In this document: positions 29,778 through 40,107 of the stretch, one piece after another
Layout: every line of letters starts with the position of its first letter
How positions within the stretch are numbered: position 1 is the stretch's first letter
NCBI GenBank assembly: GCA_039024555.1
Contig: JBCCQQ010000005.1
Location: 1 to 64,000, forward strand
Length of the DNA stretch: 64,000 bases
Direction: 5' to 3'
Source of the DNA: Cyanobacteria bacterium P01_D01_bin.156
Lineage (GTDB): Bacteria; Cyanobacteriota; Cyanobacteriia; Phormidesmidales; Phormidesmidaceae
The notes under the pieces: model-generated
What the model was told of the DNA's origin: nothing
Database searches by the model: none
The model's input: the letters and a program-made list of their open reading frames with translations, nothing else
Translations under genes and position numbers: made by a program

Positions 29778-30890
29778 CTAGCAATACAGCTGCAGGGTAG
29801 CGTTGTTATCAATGCAGTGGGGCTGACCATCTGCGGTTAGTGCACTAAAACTTTGAACATATCGCTGAACGTTGATAGGCAATTCTGGAAAATCAAATAG
29901 GGCATCACCGCCTGCAATACCGGCCCAAAAATCTCTCAATGCGGGCGCGTATTGTTCGGCTTCCTCAGGGGATAGTTTGAGCGGGCTGCTGGTCAGTAGC
30001 TTCATCATAAAGGGAAGCGAGCGGTCTCCCATCCACTGTTGGGAGGTGGCTTGTAATGTGGGCCAATCGGGTACGGATTCAATGCGATGAGAAACAATAT
30101 TCAGCTGTTGCCCTCCCTCCTCATTAAGGTTCAGCTCGCAGATACGATAGGGATGAGGGTAGCTGACTAGGGAGCCGGTGGTAATTTCATAGAGCTGACC
30201 GGCTTGGGCGATATCCTGAACGTGGAGATGGCCAGTAAACATCAACGATACATTCGCTGCCTGCAGTCGCTGCACCAACTCGTTGGCATTTTTGACCATG
30301 TAGCGCTGCCCCATACGGCTACGGGACTGACGCGGGAGATGTTCTAACGCATTGTGATGCAGCATCACTAAAACCCGCTGCTCGGTTAGCTGAGCTAGCT
30401 GTTCATCCAGCCATAGCAGCTGTTCTGGATCGAGCCAGCCGGTATATAGGGGTTCTCCATCGGCTTGAAATCCGTTGGAGTTTAGGCCAATCAGGTGAAG
30501 GCCATTTTGCAGCTGATGGCGATAGTAGGGGCGATCGGTATCTCCATAGCCAAAGCCTTGGTATAGCTGCACAAATTCATCCAGGGATACGGTGCGATCG
30601 CAGCCGCCATACCTAACCACATCATGATTACCCGGCACAACGTATACCGGAAAAGGTAACTGTCCCAGTCGGTGAACTAACCATTGATGGTTCTGCCGCT
30701 CTCCATGCTGGACTAAATCCCCTGGCAGCAATAGAAAGTCAATATCTACCTGTTCCAGGTGGTCTAAAATTTGCTCAAATGCCGTAATACTCACCTCAAC
30801 CACGTGAAATCGACTGGGGGAATCCCACACAGTATGAGGCAGGGCAATGTGCAGATCGCTCACCACCGCAAAACGAGCCAAGGGAGCCAT
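29778..30890 (-). CDS. Calcineurin-like metallophosphoesterase
   Basis: SDLH, PGDL, PGNHD, MLHH, TGHLH. Confidence 0.92.
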   Translation of the reverse strand: MAPLARFAVVSDLHIALPHTVWDSPSRFHVVEVSITAFEQILDHLEQVDIDFLLLPGDLVQHGERQNHQWLVHRLGQLPFPVYVVPGNHDVVRYGGCDRTVSLDEFVQLYQGFGYGDTDRPYYRHQLQNGLHLIGLNSNGFQADGEPLYTGWLDPEQLLWLDEQLAQLTEQRVLVMLHHNALEHLPRQSRSRMGQRYMVKNANELVQRLQAANVSLMFTGHLHVQDIAQAGQLYEITTGSLVSYPHPYRICELNLNEEGGQQLNIVSHRIESVPDWPTLQATSQQWMGDRSLPFMMKLLTSSPLKLSPEEAEQYAPALRDFWAGIAGGDALFDFPELPINVQRYVQSFSALTADGQPHCIDNNATLQLYC

Positions 30891-30985
30891 AGGAGTTGAT
30901 CAGGTAGGTGGTCGTTGGATACTCTTATTTAGCCTAGCCCCATATTGGGCTTGGTGCCCATTGTTCAGCTATTGGCTTACCGACC

Positions 30986-31642
30986 ATGTCCCGTGTGCGT
31001 CAGCACGTTAACCCCCTAAATATCCGCTATAGTCAGCCCGTTGCCCCTCCCAAATGGGCAGATATTTTCGCCAAGCCAGACCAGCCGCTACATATCGATA
31101 TTGGCTGTGCCAAAGGTTACTTTATTCGCGACATGGCTCAGCTTTGTCCAGATTGGAACTTTTTAGGTTTAGAAATTCGAGAACCGCTTGTAGAACAAGC
31201 CTTAAAGCAGCTTGATGAACTAGGGTTAGACAACCTGCACATGTTGTTTTGCAATGCCAACAATTCCCTACGCCCGTTATTGGCTAGCCTGCACCGACCA
31301 CCCCAGCGGGTCAGTATTCAATTTCCTGACCCTTGGTTTAAAAAACGTCACCAAAAACGTCGCGTGGTTCAGCCTCAACTGGTGGCAGACCTAGCCGAGT
31401 TCATGCAAACAGGGGCTTGGATTTGGCTTCAGTCCGATGTGGAGACTGTTGCCGAAGATATGGTGAGTGCTTTTGCTGAAAATCCTGAATTCCAACGCTC
31501 TTTCACCCCACCCGTCCTGGCTCCCCCCAATGCCTCGGGACCGTGGCTCTCAGAGAACCCTCTCCCGGCAATGACCGATCGGGAAAGGGTCACGATAAAT
31601 CAGGGTAAACCGGTCTATCGAGCTTTGTTTATCAAAACGTAG
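30986..31642 (+). CDS. trmB: tRNA (guanine-N7)-methyltransferase
   Basis: RVRQHVNPL, DIGCAKG, GLEIR, QFPDPWFKKRHQKRR. Confidence 0.96.
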   Translation: MSRVRQHVNPLNIRYSQPVAPPKWADIFAKPDQPLHIDIGCAKGYFIRDMAQLCPDWNFLGLEIREPLVEQALKQLDELGLDNLHMLFCNANNSLRPLLASLHRPPQRVSIQFPDPWFKKRHQKRRVVQPQLVADLAEFMQTGAWIWLQSDVETVAEDMVSAFAENPEFQRSFTPPVLAPPNASGPWLSENPLPAMTDRERVTINQGKPVYRALFIKT

Positions 31643-31652
31643 TAGCTTTTCT

Positions 31653-32099
31653 TTACTCTGCGATGGTTAGGTTATAGCGGTGTCGACCTTCTTGATCAAA
31701 CGCACCGACCCATACGTTGTAAGTGCCTTTTGAAAAACCTCCCTGAACCAGGGCATCGCGATTTTGGCGACTTGCATTGTCGTTACACCGAATAGTGCCA
31801 GCGCCTTGCACCAGCAATGTGGTATCGGCACCACTGTCCACGGCTATGGTCAGCTGGGCAAAGTCTTGCTCTAGGGTAAAGGTGTGGTCGGGGGCGCGAT
31901 CCGCATACCCCAAGCAAAATTCACCAGTACTATCACGGCTGGCAATATTGGCCAGACCATAGGAACCGACAGTTTGTCCATTCATCTGGGCAGAAACAAA
32001 ACCTAAGGCGAGTTTCATATCATCCGCCGCTTGAGCTGCTACTGCTACTGCTAGGGGCAAAACTACCCCCCCTAATTTAAGGATTGTTGATTTCAACAT
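31653..32099 (-). CDS. Exported hypothetical protein (PPC-like beta domain)
   Basis: Signal peptide; CLGY...PDH, DTTLLVQG...CND, GTYNVWVG. Confidence 0.75.
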   Translation of the reverse strand: MLKSTILKLGGVVLPLAVAVAAQAADDMKLALGFVSAQMNGQTVGSYGLANIASRDSTGEFCLGYADRAPDHTFTLEQDFAQLTIAVDSGADTTLLVQGAGTIRCNDNASRQNRDALVQGGFSKGTYNVWVGAFDQEGRHRYNLTIAE

Positions 32100-32456
32100 A
32101 GTCGTACCTCAGGATCACACACAGGGACGATATTTCATCATAAACGTCCGTCGCAAATGCCAATTCAATGCGTTAGAACAGTTAAAAATAGACACAGTTC
32201 TAAGGTATTAATTTCGTTGCCCAGTAACGCACTGAAGATGACGCTTTACCTTACTGGTACATCTGTAGCGGCATCAGGACAAAAAGTCATCTTTTGCATC
32301 TAAAGTTCATCTTTTGAGAAAGGAGTAGGCAGTTTGCTGCTTAGGGAGTTCGCTAAGGAATAGAGCAGCTGTTAGAACGTTGATTCACCAGAGAATAGTC
32401 TGGCTGCCCATCCTCAGCTTCCCGACCTTACCTAGAGTTTTATGGTTAGGCATTGC

Positions 32457-33212
32457 TTAGGAGCGAAAGTTCTCTGCTTGGAAATGGGAAGGATACTCCT
32501 TCACGAGTTTTTTCTCCGGCATCCGATAGGTGAGCTGTTTGCTCGTTGTTTTACCAAGGCTCACTAAAGACTCAGCCATTTTGACGGCGGCAGCAACAGC
32601 ATCCACAACGGGCACCCCTAATCGGTCTTCTAACTGTTGTTCTAGACCACTCATACCTGCACAGCCCAGGCAGATGGCTTCGGCTCCGTCTTCCTGGATG
32701 GCCTGCTGACTCGCCGCTGTTAAAACGTCTAGCGTAGTGCCACGATCTTGTTCCGTATCCAGTACGGCTAGGCGGGTAGTGCGCACAGAAGCACAACGAC
32801 TGGTAAGGCCTGTTTTTTCGACCGTTTTTTCCACCATATCTCTCACCCGGTGCAATGTTGTTACCACGCTCCACTTAGCGGCCAACATATTAACCACATA
32901 AAGGCTGGCCTCAGCAATGCCAACCACGGGTCGGCGGGTAATTTCTCGGGCAGCTTCCAGCCCTGGGTCACCCCAACAGGCCAAAACAAAGGCATCGGAG
33001 TCAGTGTCTAAAATAATCTGTTCGAGAATACCGGGAATGGCTAGATATTCGTCATAAAAACTCTCAATGGATTCTGGCCCTGCGACCGGTTGTACGGTCA
33101 CAATCTCAGTGTGGGAAAATTTTGCGGCCTGGGCTGAAGCATTGATATTACCTGTCATGGGCTGACAGGTATTGCCGTTAATGATTTTGATACGACAGCT
33201 TGGTGAAACCAT
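32457..33212 (-). CDS. Asp/Glu/hydantoin (allantoin) racemase family protein
   Basis: IINGNT, GPESIE, LACWGDPGL, PVVGIAEA, ICLGCAGM. Confidence 0.9.
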   Translation of the reverse strand: MVSPSCRIKIINGNTCQPMTGNINASAQAAKFSHTEIVTVQPVAGPESIESFYDEYLAIPGILEQIILDTDSDAFVLACWGDPGLEAAREITRRPVVGIAEASLYVVNMLAAKWSVVTTLHRVRDMVEKTVEKTGLTSRCASVRTTRLAVLDTEQDRGTTLDVLTAASQQAIQEDGAEAICLGCAGMSGLEQQLEDRLGVPVVDAVAAAVKMAESLVSLGKTTSKQLTYRMPEKKLVKEYPSHFQAENFRS

Positions 33213-33337
33213 GGGTTTAGATAAACACGATAGCACCATAGTCCCATGACTTAGTTGGCTGGACACGCAGGTAGCGCATCTGTATGCTCAGAGGCGGGTA
33301 AGGTTCTTGTAATTCAGAATGTGCAGGGAATTCATCC

Positions 33338-33739
33338 ATGGCCCAATCCATCCTCCACGTTGTTGCCTATGCTGTTGTTGAGCAACAACGACTCTTGACT
33401 GTACGCAAAAGAAACACGCAAAAATTTATGTTTCCTGGGGGCAAATTTCAGCCTGGAGAAGATGCAGAAACGGCTATCTACCGTGAGGTGAGGGAAGAAC
33501 TCAGCTGTGGGATTGATCCTAAAACGTTTCAGTTCCTGGGAAAATTTATTACCACAGCTGCCAATGAAGCCAATACTCAGCTGGTAGCAACAGTATTTCA
33601 GGGTAGTTTGTTGGGTATCCCAACAGCATCCAATGAAATTGAGGAACTGCAGTGGATACCCATTATGGAGAAAAACAATACCCTTGAGTTAGCCCCGTTA
33701 CTGACTGACTGTATTTTGCCAAAGCTCAGACAGCAATAG
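33338..33739 (+). CDS. NUDIX hydrolase
   Basis: Nudix box GGKFQPGEDAETAIYREVREEL. Confidence 0.9.
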   Translation: MAQSILHVVAYAVVEQQRLLTVRKRNTQKFMFPGGKFQPGEDAETAIYREVREELSCGIDPKTFQFLGKFITTAANEANTQLVATVFQGSLLGIPTASNEIEELQWIPIMEKNNTLELAPLLTDCILPKLRQQ

Positions 33740-33772
33740 GGCTGATTTAAGAGATACTTATGTCTTCATTCA

Positions 33773-34852
33773 CTATTTACCAGCCTTGTAAAAAGGTCTC
33801 TTCACCACAGTGGCAGGTACAGTCTTTTGGCGAATTTGCACATTTACCACAGTATCTACTTTTGCCATCTCCGGTGGCACATAGGCCAAGGCTACTGGAT
33901 ATCCCAATGTGGGAGAAAGGGTACCACTGGTGACAATGCCAACGGTTTTTTCATTGTTAACAATGGGATAATCATGGCGGGCAATGTTACGACCCTCCAG
34001 CTGTAAACCTACCAAGCGCCGGGTAACACCATCAGCCTTTTGCTTAGCCAATACATCACGCCCGATAAATGTCGGTACCTTATCTAGATGCACTAGCCAG
34101 CCCAGTCCACCTTCGAGCGGGGTGGTTTCATCATTAATATCTTGACCATACAGGGCCATGGCAGCCTCCAGTCGTAGGGTATCCCGCGCCCCTAACCCAC
34201 AGGGTTCAGCCCCTCGTTCCTGTAATGCCTGCCAGATGGGTGCTGCAGCGGCAGTGTCCACCATGACTTCAAACCCATCTTCGCCGGTATAACCAGTGCG
34301 GGCTAGAAAGGCTGGGTGGCCTAGTACAGTGCCACGGGCGTGATTATAGCGGGGAATCGCCTTGAGATCGGTATCGGTGATCTGTTGCAGGGTTTCTACT
34401 GCCTTGGGTCCCTGAATTGCCATTAACCCCTGGAATCGGGAATTGTCCTGTAGCTCCACATCGCTAAGATGCTCTAACAACCAGGTTTTGTCTTTGTCAG
34501 TGGTGGCAGCATTAACAATCAAGCTAACCTGATTATTACCTTCGTCGTAGACAATCAGGTCGTCAATAATACCGCCCTGGGAATTCAGCAAGACCGTATA
34601 CTGGGCTTTTCCAGGAGCTAAGCGGCTGAGGTCAGAGGGGACGAGTTGCTGGAGCGATCGCAACACATTGTTACCCTGTAAAACAAACTTGCCCATGTGG
34701 GAAATATCAAAAATACCCACAGCGTTACGCACAGCTGCATGTTCCTGTTTAATGCCACTAAACTGTACCGGCATCTCCCACCCGGCGAATTCAGTCATAC
34801 GGGCATTAGCTTGAACACATAAATCATAGAGTGGAGTACGAAGCAGGCCCAT
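33773..34852 (-). CDS. gcvT: Glycine cleavage system aminomethyltransferase T
   Basis: RTPLY, FAGWEMP, FDISHMG, RTGYTGEDGFE, GLGARDTLRLEA. Confidence 0.97.
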   Translation of the reverse strand: MGLLRTPLYDLCVQANARMTEFAGWEMPVQFSGIKQEHAAVRNAVGIFDISHMGKFVLQGNNVLRSLQQLVPSDLSRLAPGKAQYTVLLNSQGGIIDDLIVYDEGNNQVSLIVNAATTDKDKTWLLEHLSDVELQDNSRFQGLMAIQGPKAVETLQQITDTDLKAIPRYNHARGTVLGHPAFLARTGYTGEDGFEVMVDTAAAAPIWQALQERGAEPCGLGARDTLRLEAAMALYGQDINDETTPLEGGLGWLVHLDKVPTFIGRDVLAKQKADGVTRRLVGLQLEGRNIARHDYPIVNNEKTVGIVTSGTLSPTLGYPVALAYVPPEMAKVDTVVNVQIRQKTVPATVVKRPFYKAGK

Positions 34853-35066
34853 GATAGAGATGTAGACAACGGCATACCCCATCCTACTCTCTTCACGAAC
34901 GTTGTTATCGCCATCACTGATTCCAATCATGAACTGTTTTAGTCATCTGCCATAGTTCAACCACAGTTGAACTACAGGCCTATTTTCTGTGGTCAATGCT
35001 TAGCGCCTATTTGCGGGAACACTGAGAAAACTCAGGGAAAAACGCTCAGAGTTAGGGATTCTGACT

Positions 35067-35840
35067 ATGCTATCTATCCGCTCTTCGTTTTGGTTTGCCC
35101 ATCGGTTGCAGTCGTTTATCAATCCGCATTATCTATCTGCCATGTCTCGACCAGCCCATCGTTTTGTTCTCTTTGGTGCGGACTTTAGTGGAGGACGTTT
35201 GGTCATTGATTTACTACGACGGGTGGCGGATGCTCGCTATGGTCCTCTGCCACCTACTTGGCAAGTCGAGTCCCTATTAAAACGACGTCACTTTTTTCCC
35301 CTACGGCATATTAAACAGCAACAGCTAGCCTGTTCAGACTATGCGTTTGGTTTCAAGCTTTCGGCATCGGATCTGATGTCCACTCATCACATGTCTGAAC
35401 CCCATCGATTTATGGAGCTGCTCCATAATCAGGGATATAAAGTGATTCGTTTGCAGCGACGAGACTTGATGCGGCATGGTCTCGCTATTTTGAAAGCCCA
35501 GCAGACCCAAAAGCGATCGATTCATCCGCCGGATCTAGTTGCCACATTCAAACAGTTAGATGAACAGCGCATTGCGGAGGCCGCCATTGTAGCCCAGGTC
35601 CCCCATTTGACCATCACCTATGAAACTGACCTGTTAGATCCCAATGTGCACAACACCACAGCCCAGCGGCTGTGCCATTTTCTCGGACTCAAACAGCGAC
35701 AGCGGGCCCAGTATCCAATGAAGCTGGTACACCAACAAATTTCAGATTTAATCGATAATTATGATGAGGTCCGGGTTGCTCTAGAAAAGTCAGAATATGC
35801 CTACGCATTAACTGAAGCGTCCGCAAAATTGGTGATTTAA
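35067..35840 (+). CDS. Sulfotransferase-fold (Stf0-like) protein, degenerate PAPS motif
   Basis: FGFKL, KVIRLQRRD, ITYETDL, LCHFLG, IDNYDEV. Confidence 0.6.
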   Translation: MLSIRSSFWFAHRLQSFINPHYLSAMSRPAHRFVLFGADFSGGRLVIDLLRRVADARYGPLPPTWQVESLLKRRHFFPLRHIKQQQLACSDYAFGFKLSASDLMSTHHMSEPHRFMELLHNQGYKVIRLQRRDLMRHGLAILKAQQTQKRSIHPPDLVATFKQLDEQRIAEAAIVAQVPHLTITYETDLLDPNVHNTTAQRLCHFLGLKQRQRAQYPMKLVHQQISDLIDNYDEVRVALEKSEYAYALTEASAKLVI

Positions 35841-36838
35841 GTTTGGGCAGGTTTCCCCTGCGAGTGCTCCAATACCGCTTTAGCATTGCGTCGCCACATA
35901 GCAGGTTTAATTCGCCTCAGGGCCGATGCCGGAAACCGTCGATCCCAATCTTCTTTAGTCAGGTTAGATAGCTCGTTTAGTTGGGGAGCCACATTGTCTG
36001 GATAAGGATCAAAGTCCTTTACATCAGTGGGCTGAGCAAACCGTTGATTCCAAGGGCATACGTCTTGACACACATCACAGCCTGCCACCCAGTTATCTAA
36101 GTGATCAACGATGGATTTTGGTAGTTGTTCCGTACGATTTTCAATGGTGTGGTAGGCAATACAGCGGTTCGCATCGATCACTCCCGGCGCTCTAATGGCC
36201 TGGGTGGGGCAAGCGTCTAAACAGCGAGTGCAGGTGCCGCAGTGGCTGGTGTGGGGAAATGAGGCAGGCAGCTCCACATTGGTTAGGATTTCCCCTAAAA
36301 ACACCCAAGAACCATAGTTTCGGGTAATCAAATTACCGTTTTTGGCGACCCAGCCCAATCCCGCTTGCTGGGCCCAAAATTTATCCTGAACCGGACCTGT
36401 ATCGGCATAGTATCTAGCCGCAATAAGTCCACCTTGGGGATGGGACTGGGATTGGAGCCATAGGCATAGCTGTTTGAGCTTTTTATGCATCACCCGATGG
36501 TAGTCGCGCCCCCAGCCATAGCGGGCAATCTTACCGTACTTCTCCCCCTCAGGGCGTTGGTGGGGGGTGTAGTAGTTAAGGGCCACACAGATTATCGAGC
36601 ATACGTCTGGCATGACGCGACGAATGTTTTCTCGCTTCGGATTGGCCATCCAATCCATATCAGCCTGATACCCCTGGTGTAGCCACTGACGCAGTCGAGT
36701 TTGCATAGTCTGCTCAGGCGCAGTGGGTTCAGGTGCTACTGCCACAACACCAAAGCGGTGAAATCCAACAGCCTGACTCTGCTGCTCCAGACGCTCAATC
36801 AATGGCGTGGACGTTAGGTTTTGGGAAGAATTTGGCAT
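35837..36838 (-). CDS. queG: Epoxyqueuosine reductase
   Basis: ARYGWGRDYH, DTGPV, GSWVFLGE, CGTCTRCLDACPT, GCDVCQDVCPWN. Confidence 0.96.
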   Translation of the reverse strand: MPNSSQNLTSTPLIERLEQQSQAVGFHRFGVVAVAPEPTAPEQTMQTRLRQWLHQGYQADMDWMANPKRENIRRVMPDVCSIICVALNYYTPHQRPEGEKYGKIARYGWGRDYHRVMHKKLKQLCLWLQSQSHPQGGLIAARYYADTGPVQDKFWAQQAGLGWVAKNGNLITRNYGSWVFLGEILTNVELPASFPHTSHCGTCTRCLDACPTQAIRAPGVIDANRCIAYHTIENRTEQLPKSIVDHLDNWVAGCDVCQDVCPWNQRFAQPTDVKDFDPYPDNVAPQLNELSNLTKEDWDRRFPASALRRIKPAMWRRNAKAVLEHSQGKPAQT

Positions 36839-37353
36839 TGCATTACCACACGCACCTGACGATTGAATCCATGGCGTTCTTCATGGTTCACAATGGCGCG
36901 GATGTCTGGAGTGTACTGGGCTGGAACAACAATTTCAAATCCCAGACGACGATAAAACGGAATCGTCCAGGGAACATAGCGAAACGTCGTCAACGTGACC
37001 TCAGCTAAGCGCTGTTGGCGCGCTTCTACTAATACCTGATTGACCAGGGCAGAACCAATACCTTGACGGCCATAGTCAGGAACCACATCCAACTCCACAA
37101 TAAAAAAACCGTTAGCTAGCCACTCCACAACGACAAAACCAACAGGCGCACCATATTGGGGTAATACTGCAACCCATAAATGCTGTTGACACTGAGCTTG
37201 ATGCAGAAAATCAATCGAAACAATGTTCTCTAAATGTTTTTGGGTCAGCCCCAACTGAGACAGATAAGGTCGATACTGTTGTGCCGCCGCCCTTTCAATG
37301 CCAGGCAGATGCCCAACGTCTGCGGTAGTGGCGACCCGAACTTGATAGTCCAT
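36814..37353 (-). CDS. GNAT family N-acetyltransferase
   Basis: VVPDYGRQGIGSAL, LTTFRYVPW..PFYRRLGF. Confidence 0.9.
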   Translation of the reverse strand: MDYQVRVATTADVGHLPGIERAAAQQYRPYLSQLGLTQKHLENIVSIDFLHQAQCQQHLWVAVLPQYGAPVGFVVVEWLANGFFIVELDVVPDYGRQGIGSALVNQVLVEARQQRLAEVTLTTFRYVPWTIPFYRRLGFEIVVPAQYTPDIRAIVNHEERHGFNRQVRVVMQCQILPKT

Positions 37354-37415
37354 AGATTTGAAACGAGCAGAGTGAGGGTCATAAGCTCTTTCTAAAGAGC
37401 TACAAAGTCACTTCA

Positions 37416-37772
37416 CTATTGCGTTTCCAGTAGATGCTGCACAGACGACAGCCACTGTTTTAGCAGCGTATCCAAACTGTCATCTTCAGGCTCAACATGC
37501 TCTACGGTTGCGACTACCTCCCCAAACCAGTCCAGAGCAGATATTTGCTGAGGTAGGGCTTCTCGAATGGGAGTTTCAGCAGGGTTAGTCAGTGCAGGCT
37601 CGATAGTCACTAACGACATCTGTTCGTCACTATCAATGGGATAGCCCGGTTTCATTCCAGATTCCGACAGGGTTGACGCCTTTGAAACACTTACACCAAA
37701 GCACAGGATACTAATGGTAACAACCAAGATAAATCTAATCCACCACCGGATGGGCTTATCTACTCGTTTCAT
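37416..37772 (-). CDS. Hypothetical exported protein
   Basis: 118-aa ORF with an N-terminal hydrophobic signal. Confidence 0.5.
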   Translation of the reverse strand: MKRVDKPIRWWIRFILVVTISILCFGVSVSKASTLSESGMKPGYPIDSDEQMSLVTIEPALTNPAETPIREALPQQISALDWFGEVVATVEHVEPEDDSLDTLLKQWLSSVQHLLETQ

Positions 37773-38171
37773 TTCCCTGATTTTACTTCTGCCAGATTCG
37801 GTTACATTTTTTACTGGAGATGAGTATTCAATCCCTTCTGTTTCTTTTCAAAGAGTAGATAACTATCTCCCTATCAATCATGATTTAAAGCTACTTTTTT
37901 CAACACATTGTTGCAAAGCATTTACCACATCTTTAAGATTGTTAACTCAACTCAAATTTCAAGAACAAATTTTAGGCCAATCTTTTCTTAAGAGACCGTC
38001 TAGATCCGATGTAGCAAGGAGATAGTAGCGTACTGAGACCCATGAAAAAATAGGTGGTAGTACCTGGAAGATAAGGTTTTAGCCCCTCAAAGTCAGATAA
38101 ATTTATCTGACTTTGGCTATGCCCATTTTTTTTAATGTTGAAAATTAACTTTGTTATCTTGTCTTATTTTT

Positions 38172-38185
38172 GTAACAAGTTATAC
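38172..38185 (+). promoter_or_regulatory. NtcA binding site upstream of the guanidine operon
   Basis: GTA-ACAAGTTA-TAC, with an imperfect -10 (AATACT) 22 nt downstream. Confidence 0.65.
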
Positions 38186-38227
38186 TTTTTCTGGATTGAC
38201 AAACTTGAATACTAGAGCCGACTACAA

Positions 38228-38345
38228 TATTAGGTTTCTAGGGTTCCGGTTTAGCCATCAATGAGCAAACTGTTCTGGATTAAATGTCTGGACCGAGAGA
38301 AATCGCCAGCTTTCTGGTACACGGCGGGATAAAAGCCCGGGAGAA
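38228..38345 (+). ncRNA. Guanidine-I (ykkC-yxkD) riboswitch
   Basis: TTTCTAGGGTTCCG...CTGGACCGAGAG...ACACGGCGGGATAAAAGCCCGGGAG consensus, located upstream of guanidine hydrolase. Confidence 0.95.
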
Positions 38346-38390
38346 GTCATTTAGCAGGGTATGTCTGCTATTAGATTCTCTCGGGCTTTT
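38335..38390 (+). terminator. Riboswitch expression-platform terminator
   Basis: AGCCCGGGAGAA pairs with TTCTCTCGGGCT, followed by TTT. Confidence 0.8.
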
Positions 38391-38452
38391 GGTATTTAGG
38401 TGTTTGCCGGCTGGTCCAGTAGTTTGCACTGTTATCGCTACCCATTGACATC

Positions 38453-39631
38453 ATGAGTGATACGCCCACATTTCGTAGTCCTGCTGATTCAGAGGCGAAT
38501 CGTGCCCTGGAACTTGAGGCCCAGTTACCCCTTACGGGCTGGCAACAGGAAGTGTCTCAGGGGTTAGAGTATGGCCTGGAGGCTGCTGAGAGTATTCGCG
38601 ATCGCAGCATTCCCACCTTCTCTCGTGGTGAACTCCCCCACTACGCAGGTATCAACACGTTTCTCAAAGCGCCCTACATTGAAGATGTGCGCAAAGTAGG
38701 AGAATACGATGTGGCCATTGTCGGCGTACCCCACGATTCGGGAACGACCTATCGGCCCGGTACCCGATTTGGTCCCCAAGGAATTCGACGCATTTCTGCC
38801 CTTTACACTCCCTACAATTTTGAAATGGGGATTGATCTGCGGGAACAGATTACCCTGTGTGATGTGGGCGACATTTTTACAATTCCGGCCAACAACGAAA
38901 AATCCTTTGACCAAATCTCTAAAGGGGTGGCCCACGTTTTTAGCTCCGGTGCCTTTCCCATTATTCTGGGCGGCGACCACTCCATTGGGTTTCCTACAGT
39001 GCGAGGCGTCTGCCGTCACCTAGGGGATAAAAAAGTAGGTATTATCCACTTTGACCGCCATGTGGATACCCAGGAAACAGATCTAGACGAGCGCATGCAC
39101 ACCTGCCCCTGGTTCCATGCCACCAATATGGCCAACGCTCCAGCGAAAAACCTTGTACAACTGGGTATTGGCGGTTGGCAAGTGCCGCGTCAGGGCGTCA
39201 AAGTGTGTCGCGAACGGGCCACGAATATTCTGACAGTCACCGACATCACCGAGATGGGCTTAGATGCAGCAGCTGATTTTGCCCTAGAGCGTGCCCTCGA
39301 CGGTACCGACTGTGTTTACATCAGTTTTGATATCGACTGTATTGATGCTGGATTTGTCCCCGGTACCGGTTGGCCAGAGCCTGGTGGTCTGTTGCCCCGC
39401 GAGGCTCTATATCTATTGGGCAAAATCATTCGCAGTGCCCCAGTGTGCGGTCTTGAGGTGGTAGAAGTGTCTCCCCCCTATGACATCAGCGACATGACCT
39501 CCCTCATGGCAACCCGGGTTATCTGCGATGCGATGGCTCACCTGGTGCAGTCTGGTCAGCTACCGCGCTCTGGCACCCCCGACTATATTCACGCCGAGGC
39601 CAACATGGGTGTCGGCAGCGATTGGCAGTAA
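38453..39631 (+). CDS. gdmH: Ni-dependent guanidine hydrolase (ureohydrolase family)
   Basis: GGDHSIG, HFDRHVD, SFDIDCID and GTGWPEPGG motifs, an N-terminal extension, and the riboswitch plus HypA/B context. Confidence 0.92.
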   Translation: MSDTPTFRSPADSEANRALELEAQLPLTGWQQEVSQGLEYGLEAAESIRDRSIPTFSRGELPHYAGINTFLKAPYIEDVRKVGEYDVAIVGVPHDSGTTYRPGTRFGPQGIRRISALYTPYNFEMGIDLREQITLCDVGDIFTIPANNEKSFDQISKGVAHVFSSGAFPIILGGDHSIGFPTVRGVCRHLGDKKVGIIHFDRHVDTQETDLDERMHTCPWFHATNMANAPAKNLVQLGIGGWQVPRQGVKVCRERATNILTVTDITEMGLDAAADFALERALDGTDCVYISFDIDCIDAGFVPGTGWPEPGGLLPREALYLLGKIIRSAPVCGLEVVEVSPPYDISDMTSLMATRVICDAMAHLVQSGQLPRSGTPDYIHAEANMGVGSDWQ

Positions 39632-39642
39632 GGGAGGTAATT

Positions 39643-39996
39643 ATGCATGAAACCGACATGACCAAAGCTTTAGTCGGCACCATTCGAGACTGGTGGGACT
39701 CCCAACCAGAGCGCCCCACGATTCAAAAAGTTCACCTAATTGTGGGAGCCTTTACTTGTGTAGAACCCGCCAGCCTTAAATTTGCCTTTGATGTACAGAC
39801 CCAAGGCACCTTTCTCGATGGGGCACAGTTAGTCATTAAAGACGTTCCGCTGGTGGCTCACTGCCATACTTGCCATACCGATTACCGTCCCGAGTTTGGT
39901 AGTCAATATGCTTGCCCCACCTGCAATAGTCCCATGGACGATATTCGTTCAGGTCGAGAGTTAAAAATCGACCGCTTGGAATGCGTTACAGCCTGA
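39643..39996 (+). CDS. hypA: HypA-like nickel metallochaperone (GhaA)
   Basis: MHE start, CHTC...CPTC, GRELKI. Confidence 0.92.
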   Translation: MHETDMTKALVGTIRDWWDSQPERPTIQKVHLIVGAFTCVEPASLKFAFDVQTQGTFLDGAQLVIKDVPLVAHCHTCHTDYRPEFGSQYACPTCNSPMDDIRSGRELKIDRLECVTA

Positions 39997-40107
39997 AATG
40001 CATTGCCATGGCTATCGATTGTTGGGTTGCATCGGTAGATGACTTTTAAAAAGAGACAAAGCCTACACGCTTTAACCCAACCGACTGCTGATTTACCCTT
40101 CCAAAAA

